A stretch of 61,000 bases of DNA, filler included, from Sphacelaria rigidula (Eukaryota): the NCBI GenBank assembly GCA_964200075.2. It is 9 parts of 9 records of this genome, joined end to end, with 100 filler letters (N's around TTAATTAATTAA, not from the genome) between each part and the next. Parts side by side here need not be neighbours in the genome. Positions count along the whole stretch, not along the records: positions 20,370 to 27,058 come from CAXNAA020018609.1; positions 27,159 to 33,847 come from CAXNAA020018610.1; positions 33,948 to 40,636 come from CAXNAA020018611.1; 6 more parts are not named here. The stretch is one strand, 5' to 3'. Both the position numbers and the translations under genes were made by a program. Under the pieces are notes generated by a model, which ran no database searches, had not been told where the DNA came from, and saw only the letters and a list, made by a program, of their open reading frames with translations. Below are positions 24,876-36,503 of the stretch, piece after piece. Within the stretch, counting starts at the first letter, position 1; every line of letters starts with the position of its first letter.

Positions 24876-27043
24876 TTAACACAATGCGTCCGATGGGCTT
24901 GTCTGGCGACCTACTCCCATACTACTGCAAACGAGAAGCTTGAATTCTCGGAGGTAGTACGAGTACGCGAAGGGGGCATCTGTTGCGACACCGAAAGAAC
25001 TGAGTGGTTGTATAGCATTCTTGTGAGTGCTGCCATCGAAGTAGCCGTACACGTGGACAAATAGCACCCTGTAGGACGAGCTGCACAGGGTTCTCCACAG
25101 TCTTTGTAAAAACCCCTGTGCCGCAGTTGCAAACCCTAGTACCTGCAATAGCATTTTGCATAGCGTTTTTGTCAAAACCCTGCAAGCAACCCTGTGGAGA
25201 GGCCTTCCCGATTTCGGAAGTTCCAAATTATTTTGGTATAAAGTCTGTATATATATATATTGAGTGGCTTCTCCTGCTGCCCGATTCAAATCGGGCAAAA
25301 AGGAATTTATCTCGGACAGCAGGAGAGCGTTTCAAAACAGATCCTTTTTTCGCCCATTTTATTTGGGCAAAACAAGGATCTGTTTTGACTAGCAGAAGAA
25401 CCTGTTCAAAATAGACCCTTTTTTCGCCCATTTGAACTGGGGAAGAAAAAAGGATCTATTTCGAACAGCTTATTCTGCTGCGCAAATCCCATGCACACTG
25501 GCAGATTTGGAATTAGACAGCAAAAGAAGCTCAAAACAAATTTTCACTTTGCCCTCCAATTTCATTCGGAAATTGGGGGAAAAGAGATGTATTGCAAGCA
25601 GCGTCAGCTGTGCATGTCCCGCATACTGCACCGTTACTAGCGTATGGGATCATACACGCAACAAAAGTTGAGAGCAATTCATCCTATAGCCCCAAAGGAT
25701 GAAAGGTTCTCAACAGCGTTCGCTAAGTAGAGATAACACACATTGGTTACGTGTGTATGTCCACACCTGTGCATCATGCACGGACTTGGCGTGATAAGAT
25801 GCTCAGCCGCTATATACCTCGCATATCAGTGCCAATTACTTTTGAAAACCCCGTGGTGCGCAGTCTACCAAAATCACTCTACCGAGTGTGCTTTTGTTTA
25901 AAGGTTTTTTCTTGGTAGTTATTAGGAGCACATGTTTTTTCACTTTAAAATAAGCCAGGTAGCTCAATGTGCACACTGACACACTCCAATGCACGGAATC
26001 GTGAGCTCGGGTCCCACTGCTGTAATTTCTTCACCGTTTTTTTTTGCCAGTACCATGCCCATGCTGAATGGAGTACGTTGTATGTGCGCTTCACAGGCTG
26101 TACAGCATATTAGCAGTGATGAATACTACACGGAGTGACGAAACCCTGTGTGGCACAAAATAATACTCTACAGTCGAATCCCCGCGAGAAACCCTGCACA
26201 ATTTCCCTGAAACCCTGTGAAGCGTCCTATGAGGCGCGAAAAACAACAACTACAGCCAGATTCCCGCGAGAAACACTACACAGTTTCCCTGAACCCTGTA
26301 GACGTGCCCCACAGGGTGCTATTTGTCCACGTGTGCGGTCAAGCGGCGCTCCAGATCACGGAGTAAATCCGGGCCGGACTTCGAGGGGGTGTACTCGGCC
26401 GAAAAAGTCTGCACAGACAGCATGAACCAAGGGATGTCATCGCAGTGGATGGAGAAGCGGCACGGTTCGGCACTGATGTCGGGGCGGGCGGTCGTAGTGG
26501 GGGGAGGTGGGATGGCGTGCGGTGGGAGCGAGGAGCGGCTACGGCGTGAGAGGCGCGTGAGCGCTCCTCCTGTAGTTCGCGAAGGGAAGCGTGATGCTCC
26601 TCGGTGGAAAGTGTAGCCGCCGCTGCATCTGTATTGCGTTGCCGATTGACGAAATCATTCATCATGACTGGCGCGTGGGCAGCATACTCACGGATGAGTT
26701 GTACTTGGGCAGTGCGGCCATGGTCCATGAAAATACGCGGGAGCAGCCCGAGTGGACAGTGCTCCGAACCTAAATGTGGGCGGTCCTGCTGCGACGAAGG
26801 CGCAGGGTTGGATGGCGCGACAGTAGATGAAAAGGGGGTTGAAGCGGGCGCGAGTGCACAAGGGGCCCCGGAGCCAGTATGGATACCACTATTGGCGTCA
26901 GTGTTGGCGACGGTGGCGGCAGCGGGAGCTCGGGCCGGGGCAGCAAAAGCTGCGGTTTTGGGGGGCGCGGTGGGCGGCGGAGATATGGGGTTGTTCACAA
27001 TTGTTTGTACTGTGCGCTGAACATCGGCAAGTTGTCGCTGCAA
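24876..27043 (-). pseudogene. Decayed gag-like ORF of a second retroelement, interrupted by a TIR element
   Basis: Long minus ORF 27043-26339. After a frameshift, the frame PWFMLSVQTFSAEYTPSKSGPDLLRDLERRLTA joins in frame to YGYFDGSTHKNAIQPLSSFGVATDAPF..YLREFKLLV once 25050-26333 is removed. The gag assignment is inference. Confidence 0.55.
25050..26333. mobile_element. Non-autonomous TIR DNA transposon (CACGTGG termini, subterminal AAACCCTG repeats)
   Basis: Perfect 23-bp TIR CACGTGGACAAATAGCACCCTGT (25050) and its reverse complement ending at 26333; several AAACCCTG(T/C) motifs near both ends; non-coding interior. Confidence 0.85.
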
Positions 27044-27058
27044 GGAACGGATGACTGC

Positions 27059-27158
27059 NNNNNNNNNNNNNNNNNNNNNNNNNNNNNNNNNNNNNNNNNN
27101 NNTTAATTAATTAANNNNNNNNNNNNNNNNNNNNNNNNNNNNNNNNNNNNNNNNNNNN
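27059..27158. other. Artificial contig spacer
   Basis: N44-TTAATTAATTAA-N44. Confidence 0.98.
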
Positions 27159-27254
27159 CATAACATCCGGCCTTAGATTAGACCCTGAACTGTTGCACAC
27201 GTCGGACGAGTCATTACTCGTCGAAACGAGTGCACTAGTGGATGTGTTTTGAAA

Positions 27255-27850
27255 ACACAACGAGCAATGACTCGTGTGCTCGAGCCGTTTCTTTTTTACA
27301 ACGAAAAATGGCTCATTTTTCGAGTCATGCAGTTTTTTTACAAGGAGCAATGACTCGTGTGCTCGAGACATCATTCGTTTTTACAAGGAGCAATGACTCG
27401 TGAATGAAAGCGAGCTTTGGAGCTGGTCGCTTGTACATGTCCCGATATGCATATGCAGTTGAACATCCTAGGTCCAAGATCGTCGAAGAGCTCATTATCA
27501 TGACTTGCTCGTCGGATTGGTGCCTACTACGCTCAAGTCGTTCATCACGAGTAATGACTCGTGTGCTCGAGTCATCTACTTCTCCACCACGAGCAATGAC
27601 TCGAGTACCTGCCCTATTAATTTTTTCCACAACGAGCAATGGCTCGAGTGCTCGTCTTATCATTTTTTTTCACAACGAGCAATAACTCGTGTGCTCGCCC
27701 AACTAATTTTTTCCACAACGAGCACTGACTCGAGTGTTCGCCCCACTCATTTCTCCCACATGGAGAAATGACTCGAGTACTCGCCCAATTAATTTTACGG
27801 CCAACGAGCAACTCAACGAGTGCGATTGCCACGAGCCATACTCGTGCTGG
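27255..27850. repeat. Degenerate ~43-bp minisatellite
   Basis: Repeated TTTTCCACAACGAGCAATGACTCGTGTGCTCG units. Confidence 0.85.
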
Positions 27851-28449
27851 TCCGACGTGTAAACTTCTGTACATTTTTGCTGTGGGCCATTACACAACTT
27901 TTGACGGAAGAAGTCTTTTTTACTCTTTGACGTTGAACCGTCTTCCGGGGGTCCCAGGGTTTTGAGGTAAACTCGGATCCCGTCGCCCCCCCCGAAAAAC
28001 GGTATAAAAGTCAGAAAGAAAACGAAATCTTGTTCATCAGAAGTTGTGTGATGACCCATAGCACATTTGTACATCTACAGGATGATGACTGCACGGTGCC
28101 GGTGCTATCTTTCCGCAACACTATTTGTCATGTTCTGGTATTCATACAAGATACTGTTTTTTGGCCAGTTTTTCAATGCGCCTTAAAAGCTGGCCCAAAC
28201 AACACCCACCTCTCACCCTCATATTCATCCCACCGTAACCATTATGAATCAATCACTTCGCTTGTTTTTGAGTTCGTATAAAGTCTTCCATAATGAATTG
28301 ATTCATCAATCCAATATATGAATGTGTATGTATGTACAAACGTCCGTCTACTACACCGCGACCCGGTGATCTGATGGTACGAATGACCCCATTAGGGTGG
28401 AAAGAACGCGGATTCGATTCCCGCCAGAGGCTTTTGGGCCTTATATCAC

Positions 28450-28585
28450 CATTACTATTACTATTACTATTACTGTTATGATTATGATTATGGTTATGAT
28501 TATGATTATGGTTATGATTATTATGATTGTTATGATTATTATGATTATGATTATTATCATCATCATCATCATTATTACTATTATG
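28450..28585. repeat. (ATT/ATG/ATC)n microsatellite
   Basis: Directly visible trinucleotide run. Confidence 0.9.
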
Positions 28586-29064
28586 TTTGTCACATTATAG
28601 CTAAATCTCTTGAACCCGTGGTCACAGAGTGCAAGGAGCATACCACCCGTACCCATAACTCAAACAGCCCGCAGAGGAAGGTAAGAAACGAAACATCTAC
28701 ACAAAAAGGGCACCTACACTACAAAAGATCCGAATAAGATCGATTGAACTACAGGATATCTACTAGAATCTAAGAAAAAAATCTTCCTCGGAAAAATTGA
28801 GATTGTCGTCGTCGTTGGAAGCGTGAGCGTGCAAGTGGTAAAAATTGTCCATTGAGGTAAGTTTGTTTCACGAGAATCGACGCGATGCGGGAATGCTGAT
28901 GGCCATGATCCAACCCACGAGACCAGAAATGTAATGCGCGTACCGGGTCAGGGATAGGTAAATCCCCTGACCCCATGGGCTGGTCCCCAGGAAGAGGAGG
29001 GGTTAAAAGTGTGGCGAAAAATGAAATAAAATAGTGTATTGTCTCAGCGATGTCCACAGCTCAC

Positions 29065-29134
29065 CCGATAATCGCCGTCGCTCCTCGTCGGTTAGTCCAC
29101 CAGCGATATCCTCGATAAACTCATCGCTCTTTTC
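29065..29134 (-). CDS. Candidate isolated internal exon, unknown protein
   Basis: Pyrimidine-rich tract plus GCAG acceptor, GTGAG donor, EKSDEFIEDIAGGLTDEERRRLS; no partner exon confirmed. Confidence 0.45.
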
Positions 29135-29567
29135 CTGCATTGGTCGGGGCGGGGAGGGGAAGGCGGGGGAAAGGGTAGAAAACGAGCGAAGGGGAGTAAA
29201 GGTTCGGAAACAACTTGCAACGACCACAGATTGAGTAATTGGTGAATTCATTCATTGGTTGGATTGTTGATTGGTTGGTTGGTTGATCGTCGCTCACTAA
29301 CCCATCCGTTGCGAATCCAGTCGTGGTCATTAGATAGACGGAAGGTATTTTTCATCTGTCTCCTTGTAGCCTCCCTTCCTTTTCTTTTTGTAGTATTCTG
29401 TTTGGTTGTTTGGTTGTTTGGTTGTTTACGTTTCTGCTTTTGGTCTGGAATCTCAGGAAATATTATGGAAACTTCATGTCTTTGAAGGAATAGCAGGGAC
29501 GGCATAGGAAAGACGAGCCCACGTCTATGACCACGGGTTTGAGAGATCGGACGAATGTGCATAAATA

Positions 29568-29602
<35 letters not shown>

Positions 29603-31978
29603 TGATGATGTACCGTACCCAAGGTGGATACATTTGTGGTCAATGACCGGATTATCGCGGATTGACTGGTCCTCGGACTAATCCAGCGACGGCTATACAG
29701 CATAAAAGAGGTATGTACACTCCAGTGGGTGTGTAGGCGTGGACTCGGGCAAAGAAGAGAAATGAGAACGGGAGGCAGACATTGTGAATCGCACCATCCT
29801 TAGAGTATGAAGATACTCGGTTGACGGGAATAGACGATGACCCAAGGTGAAGGCGCATCCCTTTCACGGGAACATTCCAGGAAACGTGTGGGCGGACGAT
29901 ATCTTCGCGCATGTGCGTGCGTGCGTGCGTGCGTGTGTGTGTGTGTGTGGAAGCAACAGCTAGAAAATACTTGGATGCTCAAATATGATGAGTGATACAG
30001 TTATGGGTAGGAATGGAGGCCGATTTTGGGTAACATACTCATGGAAAGCGCAAGCTGAACGCTACACGCGTCAGAAGCGGCCCGTGATCCAACGAATCAT
30101 ATCAATGGAAAATACACGCGTCACATACAAATGACGATTTGGCTCATGAGAAATGAACTATATTTCTAGTACGTTTATTCAAGCCTGGGAGCGGTCGGTG
30201 TTGAGGTGATTTTGTTCCTCCGGAAAGCTCGCTCCACATCAGTAGATGGACAATCTTGTTGCACTAGCTAGTGTCCTGCTTCTGTCTATACCAGTCGGGA
30301 AACACACGCCCCCGAGCTTCCACCCCAGGTTCACCGTCATTGCGAAGATAACAGGACAAGAGCACGGACAGCAGCTATTGTGGCTGCCACGCACCAACGT
30401 AACTGCAGTGAAAGACGTGCCTGACATAGTACTATAACGAGAAAGTACGGAAATTCGGAGATCATGAGCAGCGGCGTCGCGCATGCGAAAACTACTGAGA
30501 ACGATGTTGATGATGCTGACGATAAAGAGGTTCACGCTTTGCCGATTGGCCGCGAGCTGCATGTCCTACACACAGCTATGACTGCGGGATTGGAGAGTCA
30601 ATTTCTCATGAGCCCCATGAGTTCATGGCCATGGCATGAATGGAAGGAATCCCATCTTGTCAGTCGCTTGGGCACGGTCTGGTTCTCTCTGTCCAGATCG
30701 ACATCTTCAACGTCAATTTTCCCCTATTTTCAGTATGTACAGGCGGTCACTTGGAACATCGTGGCTCTGCCGACCTAGGCGTACATGGTGCGCAGTCTGA
30801 AATCAAGATCACTCTTCGCGCCTTGTCTTCTCCGCTGGAACCCTCAGACACACAACAGCCGAAGTTCATGTGTTGCCTCGCTCTTTACAACTCAATACAT
30901 GAAGGGAACTCGCTGTAGACAGGCGAATTTCCCCTTCGTGCACGGCCGTACAGAACGAAGCAGCACCTGGTGGCATACCACAAAGTGAAATGCCATCCGT
31001 CATACACAGCTCGCCGCAAAAAAAAAACACACACAGCCCAAAAACGAAGCTTGTCGAACATTGCATAGTTTGCATATTATTCTGATACTATTAGTAGTAT
31101 ATATGCATGACCGCGATCGCCAGCAGATGTAACGCACATACTGGTACTAAAATCGCTCTCGACGCCTTGGCTTCTGCACTGGAGCCCAGACATGAAGCAG
31201 CCGCCAGCTGTGTCTTCCTTCTGTATACTCTCCCTCTGTAATTCGACACTTCAAAGGATACTCGTCGTTGAGAGGCGAAGTTGCCCCTTGTGCACAGCCG
31301 CACAGAACAAAGCAGCGCCTGAGGGCACGCAACCAAAGTGCATGTTGTCACAACTTGCTTGCGGCAGGAAAAGAAGTATGCGCACCGATTTTTTTGGAAT
31401 TGCCATCTTCGACCTCGAAAGACGCTACTGATCCTCAACCCAAAAGTGCCGATCGCGCACCGCTTACAACTCGGCACCGAAGCGGGGGATTGGACTGCGG
31501 TTTCTTGCGTGCACTTCCTACACACCCAAGCTATGTCGCCTAGTCTGTTTTTTGCCTTTGAGCGTGATGCTGACTCTCAAATAACCACCCAACTGTACTA
31601 AATAAGGTGTTTTCTGCTCCGGAGGGGGATTTTCGGGCCGCTGACGCGACGCCAGCAAAATATCAAACTAGGCCCCCTAGACCTTGTGTGTATGAGGGGG
31701 GCTATCAAATGCAGTGGACCGGTTTGCTTCCTGTGTCGAGAACCGAGCGATCTCCAGTGCTACAGTTTTCCCATACTAAACCAAGTGAATAGGTGATGAA
31801 GCATGTGTTCTGTTCGTGAGGGCCTCGGCACAGGGCCGACCACCTACTGACGTGCTCATTATTCCTCCGCGTTATTTTTAATTTTAAATCTTGTGTCGAT
31901 TTTTGGTCGTTAGGGCCCCCATTCTTACCCATAACAGTATTGAGAGTCGAATTGGGATTGTACCCAATTGAAACCGAT

Positions 31979-32960
31979 ACAGGCTGATTCACGCTGATCA
32001 CCCAAAATTGTGTCATCAGCAAATGCATTTCGCAATACCTACCCAATTGTCACATACACGATATTATACTGACCACCATGGACAGCTGGAGAGCGTGACA
32101 TAGCCGGATTTGTGTGCATGGCTATAGTGGTAGCGCTAGGGGTGAAAATGTATATCGACCAATCAGCGCCCGTTAAATTGTTCTGAGGTTGAAATTACGA
32201 ATTCCAAGCCCAATTTTCACCCAATAATCTCTGCACGCTTCAAATCGTAGTGACCGTCACCGGCTCGGGAATCTAACGAAAAAAAAAATTTAACGGTTAC
32301 TACGGGGGTCTAATTATAGCCGAAACCGTGATGTTTCGGTGATGTCGGGTGTCGGCGTCGTCTAATCTCCACTAATGATACGCAGGAAAGACCCAGGGAG
32401 CCTCGTGACGGTGTCCTCTATATCTGTTGTAGAAAAGCTCAGGTAGCTCTCAAACTTGGCGATCCCGTAGGTATTGATGCTCTATTCCTGAAAATAATTC
32501 ATGACTTCTCCGTTCTCTACCGGCTTCCGGGTGCCCCAGTATGAAGACCCGCGGAAACCGGTAGAGAATGCCCCAAAAGAAAAATAATAAAATTATGCGT
32601 CCCGGGATAGTCCAAGGAACACATTCAAAGTGTGGTGGAGAAAATCGGAAACCTCAGAGGATTTCTTCCCTTGACGAAAAATACATCCAAAAAGACATTT
32701 CCACGCTAAAACCAAGTATTCAGAAGTTGAACGTTTCAAGCCCACGTCCTCCACAAACGCGCAAACCATCACGCCGTTATTAGGAGTTAAATCCTGAAAC
32801 TTTGCACTAATATGCTATGTGTCATTGCGCAACTTTCTACGGACGAGGGTTTTTTACTTCTTGAGTTTTTCATCATTTTTCGGGGGTTCGACGGGATCCA
32901 AATCGTTTTTCGAAGTAGTCTCCATTCTGGGACCCCGCGAAAACCGGCACTACAATTTTC
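31979..32960 (+). mobile_element. Dispersed non-autonomous DNA element (TA|CAGGCTG terminus)
   Basis: The left end matches 20198-20269, and the body matches ~40790-41685 in reverse orientation (e.g. GTGACATAGCCGGATTT, GAATTCCAAGCCCAATTTTCACC). Right boundary approximate. Confidence 0.7.
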
Positions 32961-33059
32961 AAGTTTATTTTTTTCGCGAGCGAGCTGTCGCCGCATAACC
33001 CACGGAAGGGCCCCACAAAGTTTCGTCGCAAAACTCGATCAACTGATGCTTGAATTTTC

Positions 33060-33444
33060 CAGGGGTCTACACGTGACACGTGCTACAGCGTTACACGTTA
33101 CGTTTTGGCCGAAACGTAACGTGAACGTTAAATATTTTTACGTGATAAACGTGACGTTAACGTAACGTTAAAATTTCAAATGAAACGTTAACGTTACGTT
33201 CATTTTTTTTTTACTTGATGTACGTAACGGAACGTGAACGTTCAATTGCCCAAACGTTCAAATCACGTAATATGAAACGTTCCATGTAACGTGTAACGTC
33301 TACTACACATTACGCGTGCGTTAGACGTTAGACGTTAGACGTTAGACGTAACGTTATATGTTACGTTACACGTTACATGAAACGTCATGAACACGTCACA
33401 TGCAGTGGTGAAATTTCAAGTTTGCACTGAATTAAAAAACCCTG
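33060..33444. repeat. ACGT-motif-rich MITE-like region
   Basis: CAGGG..CCCTG ends and dense AACGTTAC/ACGTGA motifs similar to 2832-3099; no convincing TSD. Confidence 0.5.
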
Positions 33445-33847
33445 GAAAATGATGCTTCAATAAACACGAATGAGTTTGAATGACCATGATATAGTTTTAG
33501 TACTATTGCAAAATTTTCGCGCTCTCCCCACCACACGTCACAATCATAACATCATGATCATCTCGACCACATTCAAGGCTACTTCTTTTGTATGAAAAGC
33601 ACGTTGTCAGAGAAGCCGTTTCTCAACAGCGCGATTTTCCACATAATTTTTCAAAGAAGTCGTCCTCACGTAATCGACGCGCTGTCAAAATTGGAAACGC
33701 AGTGCTCATCGTTTTCTATGAGGTGTGCAGGCATGATTTCAAGTTCTGGGGCGCGCGAGATAGACGCAGCACTCTGCTGTCGTGTCGTGGTGGATGGTCC
33801 GTACTAACTGTCTGTACTACTGTTGTGATACATCGCCTGAGCAATAC

Positions 33848-33947
33848 NNNNNNNNNNNNNNNNNNNNNNNNNNNNNNNNNNNNNNNNNNNNTTAATTAAT
33901 TAANNNNNNNNNNNNNNNNNNNNNNNNNNNNNNNNNNNNNNNNNNNN
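33848..33947. other. Artificial contig spacer
   Basis: N44-TTAATTAATTAA-N44. Confidence 0.98.
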
Positions 33948-36177
33948 CCCCACCCCAGAGCGGGACGCAGAATCGGCACAACAGTCCCCCGCTATTGGGG
34001 GGGGGGGTGAGATGACCTCGCCGCTTCCTTGCAGAGGCGGGGGGGGGCGCGGGATTTTACGCAACCCTGTCCGACATCTCGTTGATGACGGAGGATCAGC
34101 GCCCTCCACATCGCTGGCGACAGTCACGTCGCCGCCGACAGAAACGCCACCGCCGACAGCAACGACACCGACAACCTTAGACAGAACGCAAGGACGGGGG
34201 GGCGGCGGAGCTCCCGAAATCCCAAGGATCGAGGTACGCCGTCTTGCACTCGACGACGAATTGTCCCTGCCTCCACAAATGGCAGGTCGCACGCGCAGTA
34301 CGACGCGAGCGGCATCTGCGGCAGAGGAACTGAAGAGAATGGTGGCGTGGGAAAGAAACGAAATTCTCTCCCGCGCGATGGCGAGGGTCCAGGCGAGGGC
34401 TCAAGCGGAGACTATGCTGTATGAAATGGCAGAGGATAAGTGCGGGATGACGGAGCTGATCACTGCAGCAGCCGGACCAGAGGTGGGAGGCAGCGCGGCC
34501 ATGCTAATCGAAGAGACCTTTGCGGAGCAGGAATGTTTTTGTTTTTGAGCCGAAAACGGGACAGAGGAAAAGCCCAGTTTTGGCTTGCGTTCCCCCATCG
34601 TTCTGCACGTGAGAGATGTGGAAACTTCCCCCGTAACAGTAGACACAGAAAAGTCGGAATACAAGGAAATATGGTTGAGTGCCATGCGTGCAGAACTGAA
34701 TGGACATGAAACCGCAGGTACATCCTCAAAAGAAGTAATTCCGAAAGGAGTAAACATATCACAGCCAAATGGGTGTTCACTTGGAAAACCGGCGCTTATG
34801 GTACTGTAACTAAAGCGAAAGCTAGATTAGTGGCGCGTGGGTTTGGCCAGAGATTCGCGGTGGATTATTTTGAGACGTTTGCAGCCACCCCGTCCATGAC
34901 ATCAATAAAATTGGTACTGGCCGTGGCAGTACAAAAAGGGTGGCCACTATATTACTTCAACGTTACCCAGGCTTTTGTACGAGGCGAAATGGACACGACC
35001 GTGTTCATGAAGCTTCCAGAAGGGTGTGGCCCCTTGACAGGTAGCCTGGTCAGGCTAGAAAAATCTGTATACGGCGTAAAACAAGCAGGGAGGCAATGGT
35101 ATCTTCTCCTGAACAAAACACCGATGGAGGATGTAAAAATGTCGCAAGATGAGGCTGATCCGTGTGGGTACAGACTAGAGGAAAGGGGGGAAGGGTGTGT
35201 CATACTTCTTGTGCATGTGGACGACGTTCTAATTGGGGGAGAAACGAAACGAGTGGAGAGGGTATGTAATATCCTCAACAACAGATTCCCGACGAACAAC
35301 TTGGGTGAAGCCCAGTGGTATATGGGGTGTGCCATAGAGAGGAATTGGAAAAGAGGTACCATGTACGTGAATCAGCCGACCTTTGTCGACACCACGCTGA
35401 AGCGTTTTGATGTTACGGAATTTCTGCTATTCCCGCATCAGTGTCTGCAGATTTGGGACCGGTGAAGCAAGGTGGTGAGATTTTAGATAGGCCATACCGG
35501 AGTGCCGTGGGAGGTTTGATGTGCTTAGCTGGGGTAACCAGGCCTGACATAGCAAATACAGCCCGAGACCTGGCCCAACAATCACATGACTCATGTGAGA
35601 GACACTGGCGAGGGGTGTTGAACGTTCTGGCATATCTCAACACGACCATCAACTACGGTTTGATTTTAGTTCAGGGGAGAGTAGGCTCACACATTTTTGT
35701 GACGCTGATTACGCCAAGAAAGATAAGGACCGGCGGTCAGTTTCCGGCGTAGCGGTCATGTACGGGGGAACAGCAGTATCGAGTACTAGTCGGACGCAAC
35801 ACTGCGTTACCCTGTCAACCACCGAGGCCGAGTACGTAGCTATAGCGGGAGGGGCGAAGGAATGCACGCTTGTCAGGTCGGTACTGTCTTTCCTACGACC
35901 GAAGGTCGTGTTGGGACGACAAGCAGAGTGCGATATTGTTCTCTATGAAGACAATGAGGGGGCTAAAGCTCTAGCCGGCAACCCTCTCAACCCAGGTCGA
36001 AGCAAGCACATCGACGTGAGGTGGCATTTTATTAGGGACTTGGTTAGGACGGGAGCAGTAAGGATTGTTCATGTGGATTCGGAGTGGCAACACGCCGGTA
36101 TTCTTACAAAGCCACTCCCATTCACGCTGTTCAACAGGCACCGTCGCGCCTTGATATACACTGGGGACAGCGAGTAG
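33948..36177 (+). mobile_element. Decayed Ty1/Copia pol 3' part (RT + RNase H)
   Basis: WVFTWK..KAKARLVARGFGQ..DYFETFA, LEKSVYGVKQAGRQW, LVHVDDVLI, CDADYAKKDKDRRSVSG, LSTTEAEY, YEDNEGA, RSKHIDVRWHFIRD; frameshifts near 34770, 35420 and 35690. Confidence 0.95.
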
Positions 36178-36487
36178 ACACATATTTTGTCTTGTGTGTG
36201 TCTTTCGACTTGTCAGCTCTAGATGTTTCAGATCATGGTTTGCGTGCATCTGCGCTTACATCGGGTGATGCCGCTCACGCTACTTTGCGGGGCATGGGTT
36301 TGTAGGACGTTTCCCGTTGTTGAGTGCAGGTGCCCTGGCCTGGGCGTCTGCGAAAAAGGGCTTTGTTTTGAGCACAAGCGGTGGAGTTTGTGTGATGGGG
36401 GGTTTTTGCTCCGAAGGTCGAGTTTCCTCCTTGATATATATATATATATATATATATATGTTTTGAGCTTTGAGTGCTGAGGTATCC

Positions 36488-36503
36488 GAAGAGGGGGAGT
36501 GTT
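36488..36503 (+). other. Putative polypurine tract and start (TG at 36500) of the Copia 3' LTR
   Basis: GAAGAGGGGGAG immediately followed by TGTT, about 320 nt after the pol stop. LTR end not determinable. Confidence 0.6.

Noticed and set aside
27255..27850. CRISPR-like array of palindromic repeats
   Set aside because: Units are degenerate tandem copies without unique spacers, there are no cas genes, and the context is eukaryotic.
28397..28656. Hydrophobic I/M-rich ORFs resembling membrane proteins
   Set aside because: Translation of a trinucleotide microsatellite.
29795..29902. Minus-strand exon partner for 29065-29134
   Set aside because: The open frame ends in phase 1, and joining gives an immediate stop; no recognisable motif.
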